Shown here: one piece after another, positions 14,520 through 27,115 of the stretch
Position numbering within the stretch: position 1 is the first letter of the stretch
Layout of the letters: every line of letters starts with the position of its first letter
Assembly (NCBI GenBank): GCA_040954595.2
Contig: CM082580.2
Span: 4,082,783 to 4,146,782, forward strand
DNA length: 64,000 nucleotides
From: Balanoglossus misakiensis
Lineage: Eukaryota; Animalia; Hemichordata
Direction of reading: 5' to 3'
Translations under genes and position numbers: made by a program
The notes under the pieces: model-generated
Seen by the model: the letters and a program-made list of their open reading frames with translations, nothing else
Told to the model about the DNA's origin: nothing
Databases searched by the model: none

Positions 14520-16509
14520 TCACGCCCCGGCCGGGTGAAGCTACGACTTTAGTCACTTGAGGGACATTATTTACAAATGACCATGCCAAATCATCAAACC
14601 GGAGTTTTTACGATTAGAAACCCTGGGTGTACTTTCCACACACCTTGGCATTGAATACGTCATTACTACAAGTGCCAATAAAGGGCTGAGTTGATTTGAG
14701 ATATTTGCACTTTCAAGATTTCATGTCACAAAGTACAATAAATTTGATCAAAATTTAGTGAAAACTTACTGTTTGGATGTAGGTAGAGACAAGACAAGAC
14801 TCTGTAATTCATTGATCTCAGTTATTTGTTATCTTGCAGTCTGTCCTCTTGTGCATTTGATGTAATTTTCAGACATATCAGACATGCAATGTGATACTAA
14901 TTACCTTGACGAGGAATCAATGCTGTAAATAAGGCAGGTGTAATAGGTAGGAAAAACGTACACTTCTCTCATATACTCATCAATTTACTGGCCACTTTCT
15001 GCATTTCTCCGCAAATTAAAAGTTGTATGTTTAAATTGTCTACCATGCATATTTAACATTTCCACCTACATTGTACATGTACATGTATATACATGTATAA
15101 CATGGTAGATTCCATTATTTCAAACAGGGGTGATAGGGGACTGATAGAATGAATCTGCAATAATGATTTGTTATCTTTTGAGAGAAAGACATGACACTTT
15201 GTATTGTATGAACCTTAGAACGAAAAACTATTTAATTAATAAGTGAAAACAAAGATAGATTTTACAAATGGAAACATAAGAGACAGTGGAAGGTGGGGTT
15301 TCAAGTTTCCATAGCAAACCTGGATTGCCCAAACACTTCCATCCGCTATATGGAAGCATGCCTGTGCAAATAATGGGTTGATTCCAAATTGTGACGATAA
15401 AAGGAATAAAGAATGATAAACATTCCTACCTCTAGGTTTTTTGGACAAGTACTAAATGGGTTCCACACCATATGACAAAATATTTCAAATCAGAAAATTA
15501 ATTTTGATAATAATTTTCAAAATTATGACTAATTTATAGTGTTGTATTAAATGTCCCCACACTCAATTGTGAATGAAACAAAATAGTTACCATGGAGGGA
15601 TTTGAAATCTGAAAGATTGTTTTATCATCAGAGTGCTCTGCAATATTTGAACTGCAGTAGTCACATGACTGGTGATGTAATTTGAAGGAGGCTATTTTTT
15701 TTCTGGTTACAGTAGTCAAAAAAGGATGATCCCTATAAGTTTGCATAGGAGGTTAGCAACTAGAAATATTTCATTTAATATTGAAGGGAGAATGGATGTG
15801 CCTGGCCAAATGAGCAATGCCCAGTGAATGATTTGAATCAGTCTTGTAATGATTTAGTAGATGACTTACAAATCATGATGCTAAAGTGAGGGATTGGTAT
15901 AAAAAAGATAATACATGTACTTAACAGCGTAGGATAATTCTTATCATTTTGACATTTCTGTACATAATAATAGTGTTGAAATCTTTTAAGTGATCCCTCC
16001 TGTCTGAAGAAAATATACAATTTGACAAAGTACTGTACATATTTGATAAAAAGAGTTTTATTGCTTGGGACATTTTGAATGATACTTGATTTATATTTAT
16101 TTTTTAGACTGCGCTTGCTGGGAAATATTTGTGCTGATTCTCAACAAAGAATCCAACATATTCTGTAAATATCAGCCATGTCTAGAGTATATCATTAAAA
16201 TGGTGCAAATTTTTACTGTATTCTACTTTTGTAACCTAACTGTCATTTCTGTAATAAAGTTAAGATTTCTTCTGCACTGAATTGAACTCTTGGTGTTCTC
16301 ATATTAATCTTTTGAACCCAGCTGGGATGTAAACATCCGCAGGAGTCAGGGTGCAAAGGTTTAACCCTTTCACCACTATGGTTTGGTCCACATCCATTGT
16401 TTTCTATGCTAAAGTTGGACCTCTATAGAGGTAACTGGGGGTGGTTTGTGATGTAATACAAGAGGAGGTAGGAAGCTGTCCCTTGCCCCTCTGAAAAGTG
16501 GAAAATGTC

Positions 16510-16613
16510 TAGTCTGGTCCCCTGCCCCAATCCCACCGCTGGCTGCGCCCTTTAGCTTTAGCGCAGCCAGCGGTGGGATAAATGCGATGGGATTGGGGCA
16601 GGGGACCAGACTA
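16510..16613. repeat. GC-rich hairpin element TAGTCTGGTCCCCTGCCCC...GGGGCAGGGGACCAGACTA
   Basis: Near-perfect palindrome; the right arm recurs at ~39328-39365. Confidence 0.7.
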
Positions 16614-17124
16614 CAATGCCTAGTACAAACATCGTCATCGGCAGCGTGATGACGAGTGTATTTTAGAAAGGTCAAATGAAAAGGCACGATGTTCCTGACC
16701 AACAGATGATTTAACGCTCATTGCGAGAACTCGCGAGACTTGGTTTATTGCCGTAACAAGTAGTTGCTGGTCAGGTAATGCAAGTGAAGCTTTGTATGAA
16801 TATTAGTGCAGAGTTTAACACAAATGTAAATTGTCCTGTTTAAGAATGCCGTAGTGTGAACAATACCTCTGGAATATTACTGTGGAAATCTTTGTTAATG
16901 ACTGAATGAATTTGACATTGGTCACGATAGTTACTATAGAGATATTTGCAGTGGGTATTTGAATCCTTCTTTGAACCATGCCACCCCGCGGCATGGTGGT
17001 AGCAACCAGAAAGTGTCGCAGCTGCTGGTAACAATCGCTTGTGCCAGCTTGCCACCCATGCAGTTCACTTCATACCGAATGTACATTCCCCCACTCTACA
17101 GCTGAAATCGATCGCTAATAAAAT

Positions 17125-18603
17125 ATGAAGCTGGATTGTGCGTGGTTGGTCCCACCAAAATCGGTAAAAGTTTTCTTATTCGTATCGGTTTTGATTTTCG
17201 TGTTGTTGTTCTTTAATATTGAATCCATCATTTCTGATCAACTGAAAATTGGGACAGGAATAACCTTTACCCGCCTGCCGGCAAGCGAAGTTCCCATGCG
17301 TTTCAACACCACTGCATCTAACCGAGAACATCAAAGAAACAAGACAGGTAATTAGAATTCATATTTTTATTAAGAAAACACTTCAATCTTTGTCGTTTTC
17401 CAATGTAATACTAGTAGTTCTACTCTTGGAAAACCTACGACCTTCTTAAATTATATCTAGCGTTCTAATGTATAATTCATACAACATAAAACACAAACTT
17501 ACTCTGTGGTAATGTTCCCCATACCATCATTGCATGTAAGAATTCTACGTGTCAAACTCAAATTATTATACTTATGTAAATATGAGGTAAATGAATAGAA
17601 CACAGTCGATGGGTTGGATGAGTCTGTTGTATTAAATTATTTCTGTTCCGGGTTGACAGAAATGGTTACTCGTTTAGTGTCCCGTCCAAGCGCCATTGCC
17701 AAAATACGCCTTTTGTGTGTTGTAACAACATCGCCCAAAACAGCTCGCAGCAGGCTGCAGGCAGTGCAAGATACCTGGGGGAAACGCTGTGATATCACTT
17801 TATACGTCAGCAGTGTGTCAAATCCCAACATGTCAATTGTTGGCCTTAATGTCACCGAAGGTTATGAGGAGCTGTGGGGAAAGTCAAAAGCGGCATTTCA
17901 ACATATTTACAATCACTATTTGGATGACGCTGATTGGTTCCTGAAAGCTGACGACGACACCTATGTTGTAGTGGAGAATTTGAAATATATGTTGTCAGAA
18001 TTCACACCAAAAGAGCCTGTATACTTTGGACATCGATTACATCTGCCTAAGACTAACCAAAGTTACATGAGTGGAGGTGGCGGCTACGTTATGAGCAAAG
18101 CGGGACTATCACGTTTTGTGGAACACGGGCTTCATAAAGAGAAACTTTGTGATGAGGGAGAGAAGGGATTCGAGGATGTGCTGATGGGAGAATGCTTAGA
18201 ATTGGTTGGAGTAACTCACGGAGACTCTAGAGACGAATATGGAAAACAGCGCTTCCTGCCACTCAGTCTGGAGTCTTTTGTGATAGGACCATTACGTGGA
18301 TGGATCGTCAGATACGAATACTATCCAACATCTTCGGTCAGTATTGTACATTGGTTTTTGTATTTTGGTTTCAACATTACGAGCAATATTGTTGCCAGTT
18401 TCATGGGCATAGTGCACAACTATTGCAAACTTTTGATACCGTTCGTGTGTAACACAGTCAATAATGACCGCTAAAGTAGCTTGAATGTTTCTGTTTTTCA
18501 GGGCAAAGAGTGTTGTTCCGACTACCTGGTAAGCGCTCATTACATCAAACCGAATGACATGCACATCCTTGATTATCTCATCTACAATGTGAAAGTAGCA
18601 TGA
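17125..18603 (+). CDS. Core 1 beta-1,3-galactosyltransferase (GT31, C1GALT1-family) paralog, ~333 aa. Exons 17125-17347, 17660-18336, 18502-18603
   Basis: Type II TM anchor; TWGKRC, WFLKADDDTY, YMSGGGGY, EDVLMGECL, GKECCS motifs; exon phases consistent. Confidence 0.9.
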
Positions 18604-19592
18604 AATACTGTCGCAGAGAACAACCAAGCTGTACTTTATATGTAGTCTGAAGGGTGTTGTGTTGCTCTCACGTTCCGAGTTAGATGTTACCATTGAAAAT
18701 GGTTAATATTAAATGAAGGATTTGGTACAGGTGTGTCGGCTAGCTGTATGCTTTGCACATTGTAGATAAGTTTGATATCATTAGTATAAGCGGACATTAT
18801 CCCAACACATGTAGAAGTTTATTTTAATTTGGTATTACAACAATCGCCTATTTCAAGACAGGGTATTTCTGATACGAACGATGTAATTTATGAAATTGTT
18901 TGATGGTCCATGTATTTTAATTTCATGATAGTTATAACAATTTACTAGCTCTTTGAATAAAATGGGCGATCGGCTCTACAGTATATTTCGATACCAGCTT
19001 CAATACCATGAATTTGCATTTTGTAAAGTGTAGCATCTGTTGTTTGTAATCGAATGCGCGAATCAGCTTAGTTTGACATGGCCTGTAACACACGTGAACA
19101 TCTCCACGTGTGTTTTTTGAGATATTGCTTCCCAACCAGCCAGTTGACTGCGTGTATCACGTCTACAAGTTAAAGTTGTCAGCTTCTGCATCGCCGACTG
19201 TCAGTGTACTTGCTTCGTGGTCATTCTGCCCGGAACTGTAGACAATATTTCCGTGAGTTTATGTTTTTTATTGTGTATATCAGTGCAACACTGCCACAAA
19301 TACATGGTCGAGATTGGACGTAGAAAAGAAATGGCGGGTCTCGAGCCTAGGGTTAGGGTTAGCACGTAGGCCTAACTCCACAATTTGATATCAGACATTG
19401 TGTTGTGGTGCACTATACTGCCAAGGTTGCCATGCTTCTGCCGGCATAAAACTCGACAGGCGTTGTTTATGACGCATGCGCTAATAAAACAAGCCCCGTG
19501 TCTGTGTATTGCGAAGTCGTGTTGTAGAGAAACTTATCGAACCTGACGTTGAACAAGAACAACATTTAACAAATCCAACCGTTCGATAAAGA

Positions 19593-21304
19593 ATGACAGT
19601 GGTCTTAGTAGCACTGGCACTGCTTTGCGGAGTCGCTCACGGTAACGTTGACTGCGAAAACCTTAACAAAACCTTAACACTGGTACGTACGCGGGAAAAG
19701 CGACATTTTTCGATGCAGACTTTGCAGTCACTTCAGACGATAACATGGTGGCGGGCATCGCGCAAGTCAGCTTCCAAAACTCACAGGTAAGAAGCTTTAA
19801 GTACTAACGTCAAGCACTGCCGTTTCTTGACGAATATACATCTAGTTCGGGAAAGTAATCAATGTGGCTTTTATGTGAATTTTTTGGTGTACAAACAAAT
19901 ATGAAAATCGAACATTTGATAGGTAAGAAATGTGAGTCACAGAATACATTGAACTGAGCAGGTGGGTGATATGCCCGATCATATACTTGTTTCACTACAC
20001 ACAAGTTAGACGTCGCGTTTAGGTGAAATTAGTCGTATTGGAGGTATTTTAAAAATCTTATAATTATTTTGTAAACTATTTGAACATATGTTTTAATATA
20101 AATGTACTTATATATCTCTCTCTCTTTGAAAGCATTAATTTCTCCAAGGCAACCTCACATCTGTCGCGCCTTTGTCGGTTCGACCAGTGCAACAATTTGA
20201 GACTGACATACCTAGTTTTACCATTTGTACTACCAGCCGAAATCTCTTCTGCGAACACTCAACTTCCCAAACCACTTCGTCAAAAAAACACAATTATTTT
20301 TTTGCCCAAAGCCCAGTCGTATCTGGTGGTGGTGGGGGTGGTGGTTCGGGGGGGGGGTGACCGCTTCGCGCTTATGCGTAGAGTCAGCACTAAGTTCCCT
20401 TCTCGAATCGATGTGACGCATGCAAAAAATCAAGGCACGCACGAATTGTTGTCTACGAATTATACCGTTTGTAGTTCTAGGGGTAGCACTATGGGCTCAC
20501 TTCAACTTATGGAAAGCAGTGGTTCTGGTAAAAGTAGGAATGGGGCAAGATTTCGTATGGCGACTTCGGTTAGGGACGAAATCACGTCACTGTCACGATG
20601 ACTTGCACTTGATCCACTTGAGACAACAAAACTTATTTAGTTTCTAACTGCTTTCCCTGTGAACATATCATAAACGCATATCCACATTTAAATCAAACCC
20701 GTAAACGTAATCTACCTAGTACATAAATACCCAATTGTGATATAATCGCGGATGATGTGCTGAATCCATGCGGAATGCACGTCACATGTTGCAGTATTGC
20801 CTAGAATGTTGAGGTTATTGTGGTCTGCAAGGAGAGTATTATGACACGCTATGTAGACTGCGATGCCATATGGCACATATCACCGTATGATAACATATAT
20901 ATACATATATCGCGGATCACTCGCGTTTCAAAACTTTATATAGAACATCACGCCGGGGTGGATAATGACGCCGATGGTAAAAGAAAACACAAAACGCTTG
21001 CATCGATACATCACGCACACAGGTGATAGAATGAGCGACGATGATCTTTATGTGTTATCGTTCTATTTGGCCACAGGTACCGGTGACGTCATCTGATAGT
21101 GAAGAGTTCGGCGAAATAAACAACGGATCCGGAAATGTTTGTTACGTAGATATAAACGAAGTCCACAGTGGCTCAGGAACTTATTACTTGGGGGCGCCCA
21201 AGGCCGCAGGCACGGGTACAGAGGGTACATGTCTGATGAACACTGGTGGCAATCTTATGGTGGGCGCTAATGGATCATGGGAACATGGGAACAATCTATT
21301 AAAG
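19593..21304 (+). pseudogene. Decayed paralog of the triple-expansin gene (exon remnants 19593-19786 and 21077-21304)
   Basis: Signal peptide MTVVLVALALLCGVAHG. An 11-bp tandem duplication (AAAACCTTAAC, 19657-19678) shifts the frame; removing it gives ...GKATFFDADFAVTSDDNMVAGIAQVSFQNSQ|GT, homologous to exon 1 of the intact gene. The second remnant (GSGTYY..CLMNTGGNLMVGA) matches the linker/DPBB-start exons. Confidence 0.75.
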
Positions 21305-21973
21305 GTAATATTTCGTAAAATTTATTATCAGGACTCGGCTTGAGCTGCTTCATCTTTCAACTACATACATGTATATGCATATGGAAATCTGTGATTTAGT
21401 GCGAACAGACTGTCTCAAACCCAGCATTGACGCACCATACATTTGGCATTAGGATGACGTCACACAAGCACGTCACCAGATCGCCATTCCTAACGTCACC
21501 GCAACATAGCATGTGTAAAGTTGAGCTCGAGGGGAATTGTCATAATTTCAAGACAAGTTGCCAGGATTCACTTGTTTGGAACAGTCAAACAAAGATGTTT
21601 GACTTCCATCCCACTTGTATGATATGAGAGTAAAAACTCGCCCAAAATGAATAAAAGAACGATTATTCATTTTGGCGAGTTTTTTCACTCTCCTGTCTAT
21701 AAGAGGGATGGAAGTTGTGTGTGGTTGAACGTTGATTCACTATATATCCACATGTAGAATAACAAACGGTGTCTTGTATCAAATATAATTAATGGAAAAA
21801 AGGGCAGCGAGAGAGAGACTTTGTCCCTTTAATACCATTGTTTTTTTTCGGTTGGCGCATGCGTTCATTCTGCAGAGGGTCTGCATAAAAGTCCGGTGTC
21901 TAATACACTGGCTGGGTATCTAGTCTCCTTGGTCCGCGTACATGTTCTGGTGAAAACTTCACGACGGCGAGTC

Positions 21974-24900
21974 ATGAAGTCACCCACTTTGTCCTTTTTG
22001 TTGTTTATGGTCGCTGTGAGCAAAGCGGCTGCTGTTTGCGAGTCACTCGGCGATATTGTCAGTAGTGAGGCCCGTCATTTCGATGCCAGAGACGCAGTCG
22101 CCGGCTCCGGGGCATGTATGTTGACCTCAGATGATATGATGGTGGCTGGTATTGGAACAAGGAGTTTTCAAAGAGCAAAAGTAGGTCTCTTATGGTACTA
22201 TATATATCGCTTAAGATTTATCACATTCCGTTTCTTTGAACTGAGCAATGGAAACAGGTCGTGGAACTGCACACCCAGACTCCTGGAAGTGCCAAACCTA
22301 AGCGACCTCAACCAGGACAGGTCATGATTAGACACACCGTTTACCCTCCCCCCCCTCCTCTTCTTACCCGGGTTCTTCGATCCTTTCATCTCCAGTTTTC
22401 TTTCCGATTTCTATCAATATAACTTATAGCATTGAATCCCCGAAATGAAAAAAAAAATAGCCTGACGCCTTTGGCCCTGAAACGTTTATGTGACAAACAG
22501 TTTGCTCTGGCATTTTGTAACATCTAACACGGCAAGCCCAAGAGAATTCGCGGCAATTCACCATCTCAAGGTGCACAGCCTACGTCAATTCATTCGTGAC
22601 TAATTCGAACCCCAAGGACACTTTCTACCGTTAAGGAATTTCGACTTGTGTACATGAAGCAACTCTGTTCCTCGGGAAAGAATCGCTGAAGTTACGATCA
22701 GATCAAAGTGGTGTCGCTCGCGTTTGCTTCCTTGAGCAAAGGCAATGTAACCAAGTTTCTAAGGCTATTTGATGGAGCTACGACAGCTACTGGTACACCT
22801 TGTGTTTGAGTGTGATTCTCGAAGATAATTAACGAGCGCTATTGCATACGTCATACGTGTGTTGTGTCATGCAAACTATCTCTGCATCGAGACCATGCCT
22901 TTTATGTAAGCGCTGGAGTCTATTTCTATATTCGCTGAAGTATGTCGTGATGCCCTTTATTGGGCTTGCATATCTTGTCGGGGCACAGAAATCTCCCTGG
23001 TATATCCCTTTGACCAACCCTTTATGTACAGAAAGTCGGAGAATGACTGGCTTGCGATTGTGGTGTGCTCAGAAACAGGACAAAAGAATTCCTTTGTGAA
23101 TTACATCAACGTCTCGATGACGTAAACACATGCACTGCTAACATATGCGTTACAAGCCTCACTAATGACAGACGGAACACAGAGTACATACGACTGACGT
23201 AGCCGTAACTTGTAAATTAAGACACGTAAAACCGATGTCAAAAATATGGTATTTCCTATTGGTACAGTATTGAGTAATTCTTCAGTAAAACTATATAACT
23301 GACGCAAATGTGTTTATAGACGTTGTTCAGATTTTGCCTCCTCATTGGTCACATCATTTTTTGTCTTATATAGGCTTGTGGTGAGTGCTTAGAGGTATCG
23401 GGGCCAAATGGACGCTCCATTACCGTGAAGATCATCGACAAGTGTAATGGATGTGACAGAAATGGTCTTAATCTTAGTGAGGAAGCATTTGAACTTCTTG
23501 AAAGCAACTTTGCTGTCGGTATTATTGATGTCACGTGGAAAGTCGTTCCATGTGCTGTTTCCGGCAATATCAACTACAGGGTATTTATTAATTTATTAAT
23601 TTTATAGAAATTACAGACGGCAAAGTAAATTATAAAAAAAATCTATAAACATAAAAGCTATATATACGAAATATATGTCATGTTCCTTTGTCGGTATTGT
23701 TGATGTCACTGGCTCTTCATACTGTAAACACAGCGTCAACGGCGACTTTGTTCCCTCGCATGAGTTCCGACACACTGGCCAGTTGACCGCAAGTGTCGCT
23801 TTGAGAGTTTTTTTTATTTAAAGTAAAAGTATAACTGTAAATGTTGTTATTCCTGTATTAACAATTTAGTTCAAGGAGGGGAGCTCCAAGTGGTGGTTTG
23901 GTATCCAAGCATGGAATTACCGCTACCCAATCAGGCGAATGCAACTCCAAAGACCAGGGCGTAGTGCATGGATCAACCTGAGGCGGACCAACTACAATTA
24001 CTTCCTGAAACCAGAAAATGTAAGCCGTCTGGACGCGCCGTTTAAGCTGAGATTGACCTCGACCAACGGCCGGGTGGCGGAACAAACGGTTGAGGTCATT
24101 TATGCCAGTCACCTGCAGACGTTGGAAGGAACATCGCAGTTTGCATTGTGCGGGGATGAAGTGGGACCTCCTGAAGGCGATGGCGGTGGTGAAGATAGCG
24201 AGGAGCCTGCAGGCGATGATGGAGATAATGAAGGGAATGAAGATGGGCAAGACGAATCAGAAAATGCTTGCATTGTTGATGAACACATGCAAGCTGGTGA
24301 AGGCACTTACTACACTGGAGCGCCACAGGCGGCCGCCGGAAGTGGCAAGTGCAATTTAAACACTGGAGGAGATCTTATGGTGGGAGCCATGGCAGCAGGA
24401 TTGTGGGAAAAGTCGCAGGTACCATCTAGTTGTATTCATTTCCTTTTCATGATGTTCAACTCAGTCATCGCAGAGACAGGTGAAATAACGAGAGGCGAGG
24501 ACAGCTGAGACGTGACCCTCTACTTTTTCTTTATTTCCAGGTATGTGGCGAGTGTGTTGAAGTGACTGGTCCATATGGAGATAGAATCCATATCAAGATC
24601 ATAGACAAGTGTCCGTCTTGCGCTGCCGGCGATATTGATCTGAGCCCAGATGCATTCCAACAGCTAGCCCTTCTTGCAGAGGGAAGGATAGATATCAGCT
24701 GGCGAGTGGTAGAATGTCCGGTCAGAGGCAACTTCAGGTACAAGTTCAAGGACGGCAGTAGTCAGTGGTGGTTTGGAATTCAGGTGAATAATCATCGCTA
24801 CCCAGTCAGCCGAGTGCAAATGAAGAAATCGGGAGAAGACAGATGGATTGAGATGGAACGGACTAATTACAATTTCTTCCTGAAGCCTAACTCGGCGGGT

Positions 24901-26536
24901 GTCGTCGATGCTCCTTTTGAGATCAAAGTCACGTCAACCAATGGGATGGAAGTGCTGGATAGGATCAGTGCAATTCTTGGCAGTGAGTCACAGTTGCAAG
25001 AAGGGGCGGTTCAATTTCCGCACTGCGACGCCATTGATGACGAGGAGGAGGAGGATGAAGGTAAGGCATCTTTAGAAATATAAACAAAGATGGAAATAGC
25101 GGTGTTGCCAGAGTGGTAGTGACGATGAAACAGGAATCTTGGGAAATAGAAATAGCTTTACCGTTTAAAACTTGTCTACACATCTTTCTAGACTCCTCTG
25201 AAACCGACGGAGAGGACGGTGGCGATTCCGACGTTGGTGGCGTGTGCCTTGTTGAACAACGCGTGCACCATGGAGAAGGAACCTTCTACGGCGCCTCTGG
25301 TGCTGCCGCTGGGGGCGGCATGTGTATGATTAACACTGGCGGCGATCTCATGGTTGGAGCAATGGCCAAACCATATTACAACGATGCTCGAGTAAGAACA
25401 TTTGCTTTATGTTCAGCGTCTTGCTTATAGGCCACATTCATAAAAAGGGGGGTTGGAGGAATCGAGAGTTAGCTAAGGGGGCTTGAAATTTTTGTGGTGG
25501 TAGCTGGAGGTAGGGAATTTCGAAAATTGGTAACTACTGCAAGATAGCATTCCATGGCGTTTCCGTAAGAACCACCAGTACGTAAGTGGTGGTTGTCACA
25601 AAACCACTAATCACGAGCTTACTGTGTGGCTGTATGCTAGATATATAACTCTTACAACACCACGTGACCTATATCCTTGCTACAACAATATTTAAGCAAT
25701 TTTATCCTGGAAAGGAAAACATACCACTGAATTTATGATAATACAACAGGCAGCGTACGTACATAAATTGTCCGAGACCATAATGGAGTGATTAAATGGA
25801 TTTTTGACACATTCTCTTTCAAACGAATATTAATCATGCCCTAATAGGTGCACTGCCCTCCAGTACCTAAAACCAGATTATCAACACATTCTTCGTATGC
25901 TTAGGCAGTATTTACAAATGTACATCCTCTTCTCAACAAAAGCAAATGATTCATACAACGCAGGCTATATTGAAATGACACTGGGGTAGTAATACTTAGC
26001 AGATAAAAAATACTGAAAACTTTAGAAGAGTTATTTGATTTCCCCCCTAGGTATGTGGTGAATGTATTGAAGTAACTGGGCCTTATGGTGATGTGATACA
26101 CATTCAGATTGTAGACCAGTGCCCGGAGTGTGCAGCCGGAGATATCGATCTGAGCGAAGAAGCGTTTATAAACCTCGCTGAGCGTCAAGAAGGGAGGATC
26201 GAAATAAGCTGGCGATTGATCGAATGCCCAGTCTCCGGCGCCTTCAAGTACACATTTAAAAGTGGCAGCACAAAATGGTGGTTTGGTATCCAGGTCGTCA
26301 ACCACCGAGTTCCTGTCGCGTCCCTTGCCGTCAAACCTGACAACCACAACTGGTGGATCGCTCTCCCGAGGAAACCGTACAATTTCTTCGTCAACGAACA
26401 GGGGGTGGTCGACGTGCCCTTTTCAGTACGAATTACCTCAACCACGGGAGAGGTGCTTGAAGACAGAATCACGTATTTTCCAGAAAGCCCTTCCGATTTG
26501 CACGATGGTAACGTGCAGTTTTCCTCTGACTGTTAA
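21974..26536 (+). CDS. Secreted protein with three tandem expansin-like (DPBB + CBM63) modules, ~722 aa. Exons 21974-22180, 23374-23580, 23870-24418, 24541-25060, 25192-25391, 26051-26536
   Basis: Signal peptide; three copies of CGECxEVxGP..I(I/V)DxC..(D/N)LS..AF..G.I...W...CxVxG...Y.FKxGSxxWWFGIQ...YNxF...QF, closely resembling Bacillus EXLX1/YoaJ (recalled, not searched). Acidic linkers between modules; all GT-AG introns in phase. Confidence 0.9.
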
Positions 26537-26957
26537 AGTAGCGACATAAAGTTGACAAAAGTGGTACTACAAATGATACTAAAATTCGGGTTATTCTATT
26601 ATTTTGTCATTTTAGTTAGTTTTATTCACTTTTTAACCAGCTGATAAAATGAAATATTACATCTGATTCGTGTGTTGGAAAACCCACATCATTGTGTCAT
26701 GCAAGTCGACACCAAGATCAAGTCCCCATCCTTCCCCACGGGGAAGTGCTGTCATTCCACCTGTCTTGGCCCTAACACCGTGTCGTATAAAGTGACGCCC
26801 ATGAATATATCGAAATTAAGACTGGTAAATTGTGGCAACACTCCTCTACTATCAGTAATTAAATATTCTAAAATGTTGCCATGATATATTGCACATTATT
26901 CCAAAGGTGCATTTGTAATCATGCACATTTTTGATAAATGAAACTACATGGAGTCCT

Positions 26958-27115
26958 TCACATCGCGATGTCGATTCCTGCAATCCGCCCGTACCCATTC
27001 CTCCTGTAGTAACCATGGCGACCCTTCTGAACCAGAAGTAGATGTCCAATCAGAAATACGGCAGTGCCAACTATTGACATGATAACTATTGATGCGATTT
27101 GACCACTTCCTAAAC
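26958..27115 (-). CDS. Terminal exon encoding a TM helix plus short cytoplasmic tail; parent gene unresolved
   Basis: Acceptor TTTACAG, then GLGSGQIASIVIMSIVGTAVFLIGHLLLV-QKGRHGYYRRNGY...stop. Upstream exons not confidently found. Confidence 0.45.

Noticed and set aside
19347-19362. TAGGGTTAGGGTTAG telomere-like motif
   Set aside because: Only about two units; not enough to call an interstitial telomere.
21974-26536. Bacterial contamination as the source of the expansin sequence
   Set aside because: The gene has five in-phase GT-AG introns and is flanked by host repeats and animal genes.
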